DNA from: Eledone cirrhosa
Taxonomy: Eukaryota
Assembly: GCA_964016885.1 (NCBI GenBank)
Contig: OZ024741.1
Coordinates: 53,072,001-53,136,000, forward strand
DNA length: 64,000 bases
Direction of reading: 5' to 3'
Shown here: positions 13,379-26,273 of the stretch, piece after piece
How the letters are laid out: each line of letters begins with the position of its first letter
Position numbering within the stretch: the stretch's first letter is position 1
Notes under the pieces: generated by a model
The model's database searches: none
What the model was told of the DNA's origin: nothing
The model's input: the letters and a program-made list of their open reading frames with translations, nothing else
Translations under genes and position numbers: made by a program

Positions 13379-13793
13379 GTATGTATATATGTATGTATGT
13401 ATTTATGTATGTATGTTCTTCTGGTTTTATAATTTCACAAATTGTTGCCGATAGAGAGAGTCGGTTTCTAACATAGTTACAAGATTCTCTCACTGGAATT
13501 TATACGTCAACTATGTAGATATGTATGCATATCTGCATGCATGTATGTGTGCGCAGGTATGGATGTTATTGCATGTCTGCATGTGTATGTTTTGAGTTGT
13601 ATGTGTGCATGTGAATATGCTTATATGTATGTATGTATTATGTGAAAGGTGTTTTGAAGTATTTTAGTAATTTTGTTTGTGTTTAGATGTCCAGTTTTTA
13701 GTATTTCTATATGGTAAAGAGTTTTTAGTTATTTGTATTTTAACCCTTTAGCAATTTCATTACTCTATATTTACTATTGTATATTTGCAGTTA

Positions 13794-14062
13794 TTGGCAG
13801 TATCGGTAGAGGGTCGGACGCCATGCATTAACGCATAGAGTTACGGCCCTTGCCATTCTGAGTTCAAATCCCGCCGAGGTTAACTTTGCCTTTCATACTT
13901 ATGGGGTCGATAAAATAAAGTACCAGTAATACACTGGGTAATTGCTGGCGTTATGCCAAAAATAGAAACAGTTATGTCTAATATTGTATGCGTAGAAGAG
14001 TGTACTGATATTGTGTATTGTTTGAATGTGTCTATGTGTATGTTTAGCATCCATCTGTGAAT

Positions 14063-14104
<42 letters not shown>

Positions 14105-14160
14105 GTGAGTGTGCAGTTTTATGTCTGCTGAATGGTTCCCTCTCCCTGTTTCAACAATAT
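13794..14160 (+). repeat. SINE plus flank duplicated from 4426-4778
   Basis: Same SINE followed by the same downstream flank (TTATGTCTAATATTGTATGCGTAGAAGAG...TTTCAACAATAT). Confidence 0.85.
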
Positions 14161-14179
14161 ATTTATGTATGTATGTATG

Positions 14180-14223
<44 letters not shown>

Positions 14224-14761
14224 GTGTGTGTGTGTGTGTGTATGCAAATACAGGACATCTATACAAAAGAGCTTATTTAGTTTATATTAAAGATCGTTAA
14301 CTTAACATGCAAGTGCAACCTTAAGTTCCAGGGTTCAGTTACGGCTACCAGTATATAGTGGAGCAGCCTTTCTAAATCTAATGAGAGATTACTGCAACGA
14401 GGAACATAGACAAACTCCGATCAAATCTAAATAGAAAGCATGAATTAAATAGCAACAACCACACATCATAGTAACTATGGACAATATCAAGACATATAAA
14501 GTTACACAAGAAAAAATAACTAATAAAATAAACAGACCCCCATCCCTGCTACACATACGCACAGACATGCACAAACTAAACAAGTAACCAACTAGTGACA
14601 AGTAAGAAAGAGTGAATAAATAAATGTATAAAGAGATAAATAAATAAATAAAAGAACACACATACAGAGATGTAACGCATGCGCAGCACAATTAAATAGC
14701 TTACAAAAACCACATAGTGAAAATCAAAACAAAGAAGAGACACAAGCAAACAACAAAAGTA

Positions 14762-14804
14762 GTCAGTGAGGAGGTCACAGAATGTGTGACGAAAGAGCTT
14801 TGAC
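14762..14804 (+). ncRNA. Minimal HHR family C, C3G mutant, in a pLTR-like unit (~14390-14990)
   Basis: GTCA-GTGAGGA-G GTCACA GAATG TGTGAC-GAAA-GAGC-TT-TGAC. Confidence 0.55.
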
Positions 14805-15401
14805 AATGAACAACTAAACAACCATTCGGTTACAGTTATTAAACTAACCAACTGGGAAATTATAATAATGAACTAAAGTGAAACCCACAAAGTCTGTGCG
14901 TTTTTTATTGGTAGCATGATTCTCCCAGAGTATAACAGTATCTGTTTCAACACACGTTTACAGATAATAAAAATCTTGCAAAACAAACACGTATATGTGT
15001 GTGTATGTTTGTCAGTGTATTGGTTTGCGTGTGTGTACGTATGTATGTAAATATAGTCATCTTATAAAACGGAGACGTACGTAAACACCTGCATAAGGGA
15101 AGGAAATTACTAGTGCTTCTGTGGCTAGATGATAAAGATGATGGTGATACGGATGTCAATTCTATTATACATCATGATGAGTAGAATGAATGGGTGAAGA
15201 AAGATGTTGGGTGGGTGAGGATATGGTGAAGTAGAACAATGAATTTGGCAGGTGTAATTAAGTCTTGTGCTTCAGGTAAAGTCTTGGAAACGAACGATTT
15301 CAAGATAAAGCCTACATACCCACACAACAACACGCACACATACGTGGGCTCATACTAACACACAAAATCACTAACACACATACGGTCACACACACATTCA
15401 C

Positions 15402-15452
<51 letters not shown>

Positions 15453-15503
15453 TATATATATAGATACATACATATACACACACTTATATATACATACACA
15501 TAA

Positions 15504-15546
<43 letters not shown>

Positions 15547-16133
15547 TATATATATACATATGTATATACATATATAATATATATATATATAAACAGAGAG
15601 AGAGAGAGAGTGTGTGTGTGTAAGAGAGAAAGAGAGACAGAGAGAAGGACAAACACAGAGAGAGTGAGAGAGAGAGAGAGTGAGAGAGAGGGAGATGGGG
15701 GGGGATATGCAGACATATGCACATATAGTGACATATACCGCTATATACAGAGACATACATAGAAGTAAAAGATTAGAGACAATATCAGCTTGATTTTGAT
15801 ATGCAACAGGTTGTCTTAAACAAGCTTTAATAACTGATATATAGAATATCGTTAGTTGAAATAATTAACTGATTGTCTAAATAACATATCAGGAGATACT
15901 GGCACTAATCAACTGTCAAAACTAAACTCAGCCAGGTGACCAAGGAACATCTTACTGAGTTTAATATATGTAAATATATATATATGGTTGGGCTGCTGTC
16001 TCTAGCATTTTCCTCAATCCATGAGAGCCGTTATTTGATGCACATAACCCATGATTTCCCCCTACTCTGGGCACCGTGTATATTAGCTTTCTCTCTATCC
16101 ATGAGGTTAGATGTGTCGTGAACAGAATCCACA

Positions 16134-16209
16134 TTTGCTGACTTAGGAACCTGTGGGCTGTTAAACTGCACATTTCTGTGGCGAAACGAACTAGATTCGT
16201 ATCAGCAAA
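16134..16209 (+). ncRNA. Degenerate HHR (G5U)
   Basis: TTTGCTGA-CTTAGGA-...-GAAA-CGAA CTAGA TTCG-TA-TCAGCAAA; 8-bp stem I and intact stem III. Confidence 0.6.
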
Positions 16210-16379
16210 CTTGTAGTTATAAGGTTGGTAATTTAAAACTCTACTTCAGAGACTTGATTCTAACTTAGTTTTTTTCTATTTAATTGCTAACCTCTAGACA
16301 TTCTTCTACATACAGTAACGGTTAAACTCACTTTACACACATCTCACTGTGTAACACACTTCTCTTTGCGTAATATATT

Positions 16380-16423
<44 letters not shown>

Positions 16424-16465
16424 TTATGAATTATAAGAATCAAAGAACTGTTCAAAACATTTTTA

Positions 16466-16512
16466 TGCTTACAACTGTTTCCTCCAAACCGAGGTTTGGA
16501 TTCTTCGGAGCA
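16466..16512 (-). ncRNA. Minimal HHR family D with U4C core
   Basis: TGCT-CCGAAGA-A TCCAAACC TC GGTTTGGA G-GAAA-C AGTT G-TA-AGCA. Confidence 0.65.
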
Positions 16513-17931
16513 ATTTATTATTGAATGAACACTTATATGACCTCCTTTTCACCCAAGAGACATACAGATACATATGCAAATATTGTGGGTCAACATTCAT
16601 TACAGCATTTAGTGTGGCAGTACACATTTAGAGATTACATTCATATTAAAAGATACAATCAAAAATACAGGTTAAAATACATGAAATTAAGCGGTTATAG
16701 AGTGCAATGGTTATATGTGTGGCAAGCACGTGCGTCTTGTTTATATAGTGTGGCAGAGAGTTACGTATAATATAAGCACTTAAGCAGGTAATCAAGAGTG
16801 TTAAGGGGGTTGATCTGGTAACGAATTCTTTATATGATTGTTATAGCCTGTGTGTGGAGAAATAATATAAGTATTAAAAATAATGAAAGCATTAAAAATA
16901 TTGGAAATGCGTAGCGAAGCGATGATATGGATTTCATGCACTGCGACATTTTCATAGTCTGGGGAGCGTATTTTTCAGATTATATGCCCCTCACATAATC
17001 CACGACGATTCGATATTGGGCGTTTGACAATCCAGTTAGAGAATCGTAGTCTGATGTTCTTTAGCTCAATACAGGAGGATGTTACGTTGCGAGAATCGAC
17101 ATGGAAATATTACCCGGAAGTGTGTGTGTGGCTAAGGGGAGTTAATGCATGAGGGGAGGTAACTCCGTGGTTTCTATTACTAACTATTAAATTGTGTCTC
17201 AAAATAGTCCCTATCTTATATTGTTATGCACAGTTTCTGAAAAATTTCTAAAAATTTAAAGTGTTTTAACTATAAAGTAGTCTATTAAGCTGTGCTGGGG
17301 GTGTTCTTATTATGGTGATTAACCTCCATCGTAGAGTGCCACAAATGAATATTATACACGACGAGCGAGATTTCTAAATTAATGATCACAATGAACCCTG
17401 GTAAGTTCCGGGTCAGTGCATGCTATATTTGATGTCGAAAGATAATCATCACCAGGGCAGACCAGAGGTCAATCCACACTCCTCATGTCTCTAATCTGAC
17501 CATCAAATCATACATATATGTACAACCCATACGCCACTTGCAATACATTCACTGCACTCAGCATACCGCTCGTACAGCTCATCAACGTTACTAGATTAAT
17601 TAGTTTTCCATTTATCCAACGATGGCACTTCCTCCGCATAGCACCAACAATACAATCAATTCAATGCTTAAATTTTACATTAACTATAAAGTGGTGTAGT
17701 GCAGTTCAAGCAACTGGATGTAGTCACACCTAAAGTAGAAGTACAAAGGGGTATTCCTACTGTGAAGGGTTCTAGAGGGATGTCCCGATTTGTGTTATAT
17801 TAGATCAATGAGTGTGGGGATGTGGTAGAAGGTGTGCCTCTGGTGTTTGATGCTAGAGGTGGTGTCTGGTTCAAGTCCGACATTGCTATATATTGGGCTT
17901 AAAGTTTTGGAAGGAATGTCTGGAGTATCCT

Positions 17932-18241
17932 CAATGATATTAAATAAATGGAAACTATATTTCAAGGGTATCAAAACTTTGGTACGCTCTCATCAGATAA
18001 AAACAATGTTTGTTTTATAAATATTGACCTATCCAGGAAGACGATCTTAACGGTTCAAGTTTTTCCTGGATAGTCCAGGAAATACTTGAACCGTTAAGAT
18101 CTTCTTCCTGGATATGTCAATATTTATAAAACAAACTTTGTATTTTATCTGATGACAGCGTACAAAAGTTTTGGTACCCTTGAAATATAAATAATAGAAT
18201 AAATATGGTTTTATAAATATAGTTTCCATTTATTTAATATC

Positions 18242-18246
<5 letters not shown>
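17932..18246. repeat. Fold-back inverted repeat of pLTR family E
   Basis: Arms meet at TCCTGGA TAG TCCAGGA (~18064-18080); left arm has an internal deletion. Confidence 0.9.
18141..18201 (+). ncRNA. Minimal HHR family E
   Basis: TATTTTAT-CTGATGA-stem II-GAAA-TATAAA-TA-ATAGAATA. Confidence 0.7.
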
Positions 18247-18284
<38 letters not shown>

Positions 18285-18384
18285 AAGAAACCAAGAACGC
18301 GAGAACATTTTCCTTCATCAGTTGTCTGGTGGGGGGATGGGTATTGGATATTTCAACGCATTAAAGACAATATCTCTCACCCAA

Positions 18385-18592
18385 TAATAATAATAAATGT
18401 GAAGACTAAAATCCGAAGAGGGCTCGATAAGGATATGTATATATATATATATATAAATATAAAAACCGTAGACCAAATATTTATTAAAATAACAGATAAA
18501 AGCTTTCACCCTTAACGCGATCTTCTGAAACTCAGTTTCAGAAGTTCCCGTTAAGGGTGAAAGCACCGATTCTTTGCTTAAGCTTTAATCTG

Positions 18593-18595
<3 letters not shown>
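18385..18595. mobile_element. pLTR family F fragment with fold-back (18502-18564) and HHR-like motif at 18534-18584 (+)
   Basis: AGTTT-CAGAAGT-TCCC GTTAA GGGT-GAAA-GCA...TGC-TT-AAGCT; homologous to 42207-42581. Confidence 0.75.
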
Positions 18596-18680
<85 letters not shown>

Positions 18681-18685
<5 letters not shown>

Positions 18686-18815
18686 GGTGATATCCTGCGA
18701 ATGTAACAGTTCTAGTCCTGTAGAAATCATTCCTATAGATAATAGATATTCTCTACTAACATAATGAGTATCTTATTTTACTGTGGTTATTTCCCGAACC
18801 CCTTCGAGCTACCAT
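18681..18815 (+). mobile_element. Degenerate family B pLTR fragment (HHR core mutated)
   Basis: CTGGTGA...GTAA CAGTTCTAGTCCTG TA GAAATC. Confidence 0.65.
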
Positions 18816-18843
18816 CCTTAATTATATGTTTTCACCCCCCCCC

Positions 18844-18876
<33 letters not shown>

Positions 18877-18934
18877 GAGGTGTGTGTATGTGTAAGTATG
18901 TGTGTATGTGTGGATGTGTTGCAAGACGGGTCGC

Positions 18935-19158
18935 CGCGCAGTGTCCTTTATTTCACGTTGCTCCAGTCTACTTAGTTAGCAAAAAATGAGTTGTACTTGT
19001 ATTTCAAGAGGCGGGCCTTGTAACAGACCGTGTTACACTGAATCTCCCTGCGAAAAACTTTAAGAGTGCGCTTATCTGTTGATGATCACCCACTAGTCCG
19101 ATGACTTAACGAACAAACTATTCCCTTGATTGAATAAGCTGGAGCGTTGATCGTCGGA

Positions 19159-19160
<2 letters not shown>
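18935..19160 (+). mobile_element. SINE fragment related to 48219-48600
   Basis: CTTTATTTCACGTTGCTCCAGT...AAATGAGT. Confidence 0.6.
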
Positions 19161-19225
<65 letters not shown>

Positions 19226-19599
19226 GGTTTACCATTCGATTAATTGGTGAAATATATTTCTTTAATGGAATATATACAGGGAAGATTAATCATATTATAA
19301 GGTATCTATTTTTGAAGTTCTAGTTAACTTTATTTAGTTACCTACCTAGCTATGTGTGCTTACACACTTGTAAAAATTATCCCCTGTGATTGTTTCATAT
19401 GTTTATTTATATGTTAATACATTTCTAGTTGTTATAAAATGCTCGGACCTATTCATTAGAATCTTGGAGCTTATTTTACGGGTGATATGGCGCATGCCTT
19501 TCTGGCATGACACCCATAATTTTGATTTAGATTAAATTCACTTTGATTTATCATAATTTTGGATAAATATATATATATATATATATATAATATAGAAAT

Positions 19600-19648
19600 G
19601 GCATCTACAGGACTATAACTGTTTCATTCGGGAGAAATCATCAAGAAG

Positions 19649-19650
<2 letters not shown>
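19600..19650 (-). ncRNA. Family B HHR, C3U variant
   Basis: GGCTTC-TTGATGA-TTTC TCCC GAAT-GAAA-CAG...CTG-TA-GATGCC. Confidence 0.55.
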
Positions 19651-19723
<73 letters not shown>

Positions 19724-19744
19724 TAGAGATAGAGAGAGAGATGA

Positions 19745-19791
19745 TTTCTACAGGGCTAGAGCTGTTTCGTTTGTATGAAATCATCAGGAAT
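19745..19791 (-). ncRNA. Family B HHR with weak stem II
   Basis: TTC-CTGATGA-TTTCATACAAAC-GAAA-CAG CTCTAGCC CTG-TA-GAA. Confidence 0.55.
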
Positions 19792-20330
19792 ATTTCACAC
19801 ATGTAGTAATTTCCAGCTCATTAAAGATCATATATATGTATAGTCATGATGGGAGGTGACAGATAATCAATGCGAGCGAGAGAGACAAAGTGTAAAAGGA
19901 AAATAGGAGGGGTGTAGGGGTGGTAATTGAATGAATACCAAAGTTTATCGAGGGTTGCAGGGCGGTAATTTTACAAAGATAAAAGACAGTACATTTTAAT
20001 CGCCACATGAAAGAACGACAACTCTTAAGGCAAAAAAAAAGCAGACAACAGAGTAGAAGTACCTTGGTGAAATAAATCAATAAAACTATATGGATTGAGA
20101 CAGATTAGGCGGAGATCTATGAAAGGTGAGAGAAAGTTGTGTCATCGCATCATCAATAAATATGGTCTTACGCAACAAGAAACATTCTGATAAGGAACCT
20201 ATCACACACAAACAAGCAGAGGTTATTAATTGACACCGAATACATAATAGGAAGATATACAAACGCACATGCACGCGTCCAGGCACCCTCAAACATATAC
20301 ACCTTCACGCACACAAAGACAATTATTCTA

Positions 20331-20415
<85 letters not shown>

Positions 20416-20539
20416 AATCTGTTCTTGCGTATATACTGTGTATTGTACATACACATAAGGATGTATGCATATATATATATATATATATGTATCTCTCAGT
20501 TATTGCAGCTACCATACAGTCACATGCTTAATCTTGACC

Positions 20540-21462
20540 TATTTAGCAATTTTTGGGATTGCAAAAAGATATAACAAAGATGCGAAATGGATAAAGTTAT
20601 CTATTTAGCAATTTTGGGGATTGCAAAAAGATATAACAAAGATGCGAAATGGATAAAGTTATCTAATGAACCAAATCAGAGATGGGAAGACATACAAAGG
20701 AAGACGTTTAAGACCAAGTTAGGAAAATGGCAAACTGGAAATTTCATGGACCGTATGGAACCCAAGTATTCTGGTTGAAAATATTGAAAAGTGTTCTTTA
20801 AAGGCTAGGGAAGCCCCTGTATGATTGTGTCGTACAAGAAGTTCCAAGTTGGATGATTGAAGGAAAGGGAACTTTAATAATTGTTTCTACTTTTTGGGCA
20901 CAAGGCCAGGAATTACACAGTGCCGTACTGGTACTTAATTTTATCGACCCCGTAAGGTTGAAAGGCAAAGTTAACCTCGACGGGATTTGAACTCCGATAA
21001 TAGAGGGCAACTTTAATAATGATGAATAAAATGTAAGGTCTGTTAGGTGGAAATTACAGGCCGAATTCTTGCTTGAATTCGTTTTGGAAGCTGTTAACTG
21101 GCATCTTTGCTGCAAAAGGGTATACTCACTTGCTTCCGAATGAGATACTACCCGACGAGCAGAAAGGTATAGGGAAAATTCCCGGGGAATCAAATACAAT
21201 CTTGGTGTTGACAAGGTGATCTTGAATAACAGCAGGAGACGTCAAGAAATGTATACATGTTTTGGATAAACTTTAAGAAATCCTTTGACATGGGCCCACA
21301 TACATGGGTATTGAAGTGATAGCAGACTGTAATATTAATGTAATGGTGGTGTCTAGCTTGCCTTTGTGGCAGACAAACCTGTATGCAGGGGGCAAACTTT
21401 TAAGTGGGATCATTATAAGAGGAATATTTCAAGGAGTTTCCTTCTCACCATTGCTCTTTGTG

Positions 21463-21465
<3 letters not shown>
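20540..21465 (+). pseudogene. Highly decayed R4-like RT fragment interrupted by a minus-strand SINE (20878-20995)
   Basis: IIIRGIFQGVSFSPLLFVI and WINFKKSFDM remnants. Confidence 0.65.
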
Positions 21466-21533
<68 letters not shown>

Positions 21534-21535
<2 letters not shown>

Positions 21536-21900
21536 TAAGTTATTCCGGAGGTAACTACAGTAAATAAGGTACTCAATACATAGCAGAGTATAATAGTTTT
21601 AATAAAGATGAGATTCTACAGGACTAGATCTGTTTCATTCTTTAGAAATCATTAGGAATCTGGCTGTCCAAATATATGTTGTGGTAATTATATCTTTTCA
21701 GGTGGTAGGAGAAGATGGGGAATGGGATGGGTGGAGGTCATTGGTTGAAAGAAAAGGGAATTCATTAAAAGCTAATTCTTTAAGGCTATAATTTATATTT
21801 AGAGTGACAAAGGCTGAAAGAATTCTATAAACCAGTTCAAATATTGGGTGCCCATAATTATTGTCATGTTTCTCTTAAGTTATATTTCAGGTGTCAACAG
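21534..21900 (-). mobile_element. Family B pLTR with G5A-mutant HHR (21612-21660); upstream part also present inverted at 33740-34165
   Basis: GATTC-CTAATGA-TTTC TAAA GAAT-GAAA-CAG...CTG-TA-GAATC. Confidence 0.75.
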
Positions 21901-21906
21901 ACACAT

Positions 21907-21990
<84 letters not shown>

Positions 21991-22003
21991 TCACACACAT
22001 ACT

Positions 22004-22044
<41 letters not shown>

Positions 22045-22098
22045 GTGTGTGTGTATATATGTATATATATATGTGTGTATATATATGTATATATATAT

Positions 22099-22706
22099 GT
22101 CAGGTCACCAGTTGGTGCTACTGGTAACATGTATCCCAGTACAACCTGTCTCATGGTCGGGTCGTTGGCGACTAAACTGGCAACCCCACCAAGGTTTCTT
22201 GGTGAGGAGGGTGACTTTGGACATCTTGCAGGACTAAAAACAAAACCTGTCAAAGGGCAAAGGAGCTCTTAAGAGTCAATGGCCATCCAAAATCACCGGG
22301 AGAGATGACCCCATAGCCTTTGTCAAGGCAGAATTCTAGGAGAAGGAAAACTCTGATATAACACCTGCAACTCTGATGGTATCCAATGATGTTGACTTGT
22401 TCTTCTTTTTGGTAAATATCATCTTGGTTAAGAGAGTGGGACTGGCTTTGTGCAGTGCCTTTGCTCACTATAAAAGCTTCACGGCACAGGCATTGCTTTA
22501 TATCTGGAGATCTCTCTGCACTTGTCATCACATGGTACCAAGGGCCCAGCACTATGTGTCAATAATTGTAACAAGTGTAGTGTTTGTACCAGAGTTTTCA
22601 AGTCACTGGCTGGACTAAAAAGTCACACTTGTTTAGCGCATCGGTAGGCGTTCTCCTACATGGATATAAAGTAGTGGCCGTACTCGAAAACGAGTTGGCA
22701 GCCATA
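22099..22706. repeat. Dispersed repeat, probably a LINE 5' UTR; second copy at 41652-42108
   Basis: High identity between copies; both end at GAAAACGAGTTGGCAGCCA beside (TA)n. Confidence 0.75.
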
Positions 22707-22707
22707 A

Positions 22708-22743
<36 letters not shown>

Positions 22744-22966
22744 AATATATATGTATATATATATATGTATATATATGTATATATGTATAACTATATATTT
22801 ATATGTGTATATGTATGTATATAAATCTGTGTGTGTATGTATGTGTGTATATAAATATATATGTGTGTGTATGTATATATATGTATGTATGTGTGTGTAT
22901 GTATATGAATGTATGTGTGTGTATATATATATATATGCATATATATATGTATATATTTATATATAT

Positions 22967-23136
22967 AGGAAAAAGTATGACCCGAACGGCAGAGCTCAAG
23001 CCGTTTCGACGGCTATTTCTGGACTGAAATTGCCGTCGAAACGGTCATACTTTTTCCTATTTCTCACTCTACTACCCTAATCATTGAGTATTCTGGTGCG
23101 TTATGTTCCGTCTTGTTCCTTACAACAATTACTTTC

Positions 23137-23142
<6 letters not shown>
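22967..23142. mobile_element. Fold-back remnant of a Naiad-type pLTR (3' half of HHR)
   Basis: TAGGAAAAAGTATGACC...CCGTTTCGACGGC/GCCGTCGAAACGG...TCATACTTTTTCCTA; homologous to 54950-55090. Confidence 0.8.
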
Positions 23143-23211
<69 letters not shown>

Positions 23212-23213
<2 letters not shown>

Positions 23214-24600
23214 GTTATACTTGGGGAGGGTTATATTTGTGTAATAATATTGCCAGAATTAATAACAGAACACATTCACTGTTTGGTTGGTTTTCGCTTC
23301 TGTGTCTTTTATATCGGTCAATTTAATTTATTCGGTCCTCAATGTTACCATTGACTGACCAACGGTCAAAAATACTGATATAATATAGACACAAACACAT
23401 ATATATAGTCTAACAAATTTCTTTCGTTGCACATCTGCAACATCGTCAGTGGTGCTATTTATGTTTCCTCCTGTTGTATTGTATGCCACCTCATGGTACG
23501 ACAACCAGAGATACCAGAGTGTCATGTTTGTGGACACTACCCCTGGAGCGAAATTAGCTAACCAGTGTAGAAAGGCCCCGAGAAAGACCCACTTAAAATT
23601 AAGGTGGTAGAAAATCCAGGAACCACCATAAAATCCCTGATCAGCAAAACCTACCCTTTTAAGAAAACCCACTGTACTAATAGGAAATGTATTATATGTA
23701 AAGTAAACCCCCGGATAAACTGTAAAACTAGAAACGTAGTCTATAGCATAAGATGTACAGAGGGTACTTGCAGAAACATGACAACAACACACATAGGCGA
23801 GATAGCTCGTAGCATAGGTGAAAGGATAGACCAACACTGGGGGGAACTAAAAGGACGAAAAAACGGTTCAGTACTATACGAACATGCCAGACAACAACAC
23901 AACGGTAACATAGACAACATAGAAATTAGAATAATATCTAAACATAGAAATGACCCAGCAGATAGGCAAATCAGAGAGGCCAGCGAAATAGAACTTAGAA
24001 GGCCAAGGCTAAACAGAAAAAATGAATGGAATAACAACAACACCCAAACAAACAATACTGACCTAAGAGAAGTATAAATAAATAAATAAATACATACATA
24101 CATACACAAGCACAATAACAACAAACACATATAAACACACACTAGTAAACTAAGATAGAATACAATAACCAATACACAGTCACCCAAACACGAACACACA
24201 TCAAACACTATACACACACGCAAACGCATGCGCAGAGAAGACAAAAATAAATAAATAAATAAATAAACAGACTAAATAAAGATGGCGTAGGCATACAATA
24301 CAATAGGAGGAAACATAATAGCACCACTGACGTTGTTGCAGATGTGCAACGAAAGAACTTTGTTAGACTATATATATGTGTTCGTGTCTATATTATATCT
24401 GTATTTTTGACCGTTGGTCAGTCAATGGTAACATTGAGGACCGAATACATTAAATAGACAGATATAAAAGATACAGAAGCGAAAACCAAACAAACAGTGA
24501 GTGTTATTAATTCTGGCAATATTATTACACAAATATGACCCTCCCCAAGTACAACAATATTTGTTTCGACACACGATTTCATATAAAAAACCTCGCAAAA
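23212..24600 (+). mobile_element. 5'-truncated Penelope-like element with inverted pLTR (23212-23487 vs 24290-24557)
   Basis: ~270-bp inverted arms flank a GIY-YIG ORF; arms hold HHR-like CTGACGA-T GTTGCA GATG TGCAAC-GAAA-GAAATT. Confidence 0.88.
23604..24077 (+). pseudogene. PLE C-terminal Cys linker plus GIY-YIG endonuclease
   Basis: CTNRKCIIC...NVVYSIRC...HIGEIARSIGERIDQH...RQIREA...PRLN. Confidence 0.88.
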
Positions 24601-24615
24601 CTATATATATATATG

Positions 24616-24705
<90 letters not shown>

Positions 24706-24791
24706 TACGTTATTCCGGGTTGAATCGGAGGTAACCACAGTAAGTAAGGTACTCAATACATTGCAGAGTATAACAGTTTTAATATAGATGA

Positions 24792-24840
24792 GATTCTACA
24801 GGACTAGAACTGTTTCATTCTTTAGAAATCATCAGGAATC
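24792..24840 (-). ncRNA. Family B HHR, canonical core
   Basis: GATTC-CTGATGA-TTTC TAAA GAAT-GAAA-CAG TTCTAGTC CTG-TA-GAATC. Confidence 0.85.
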
Positions 24841-24846
24841 ATTGAT

Positions 24847-24895
24847 GATTCCTGATGATTTCTAAAGAATGAAACAGTTCTAGTCCTGTAGAATC
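24847..24895 (+). ncRNA. Family B HHR, canonical core, inverted partner within palindrome 24775-24912
   Basis: Same motif on the plus strand. Confidence 0.85.
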
Positions 24896-24911
24896 TCATC
24901 TATATTAAAAC

Positions 24912-24973
<62 letters not shown>

Positions 24974-24987
24974 TATATATATGTATA

Positions 24988-25150
<163 letters not shown>

Positions 25151-25236
25151 ATATGTGTATATAAGTGTATATATGTATATACATATATATATATATACAG
25201 TGTTTGTATATGTATGTATATATATGTATATATATA

Positions 25237-25301
<65 letters not shown>

Positions 25302-25404
25302 TTGTGTGTATGTGTATATGTGTGTATATATGTATATATATGTATATATGTGTGTATATGTATGTGTATGTATGTGTGTGTATGTGTATATATATGTATA
25401 TATG

Positions 25405-25465
<61 letters not shown>

Positions 25466-25662
25466 TTATATATATATATATATATTTATCTATGTGTATA
25501 TATGTGTATGTATGTGCTTATGTGTGTATATGTATGTACATGTATATGTGTGTGTATATATGTATGTATATGTATATGTATGTGTGTGTATGTGTATATA
25601 TGTATGTATGTATATGTATGTGTGTATATATATGTGTATATATATATATGTGTATGTATGTG

Positions 25663-25693
<31 letters not shown>

Positions 25694-25694
<1 letters not shown>

Positions 25695-26183
25695 TTGGTA
25701 AACGGAATAGAAAATGCTGACAAATTGTTCACAGTTGAAAAATGGTTTAATTAGGAATAAAAGAGTATTAGTGATTGTATGGGTTAGTATTCAGTTGTGG
25801 TTTTAAGTTTTTAAGTTTTTACCGGTTGCGCATTTCTAAATGCTTTTCAAAAATAATTTTGAGATAGAGTGTCCGTGCTGTTTGCTCTGATCTGATTAGT
25901 TTTGGGAATTCTACCTGTTTTTATGTTAAAAAAGTGGCTCCAGCGTTATTTTTGTGTCGCAAAAATGCTTGTGGTCAAAACAATTTTGATTGGTCGGTAG
26001 AGGTCATGTGAATGTAAAAAGTTGATTTTGCGCCAAGACTGTTTTTATGTTAAAAAAGTGGCTCCAGCAAAAATTCTTGGTCAAAACAATTTTGATTGGT
26101 CGGTAGCGGTCATGTGGATAAAAAATTGGTTTTGGGCCAAGATTGAGAAATGACTCTTTCACAACAAATATGTGTGTGTGTGT

Positions 26184-26273
<90 letters not shown>

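Noticed and set aside
22099-22706. HDV-like ribozyme in the putative LINE 5' UTR
   Set aside because: I could not identify the nested double pseudoknot by eye
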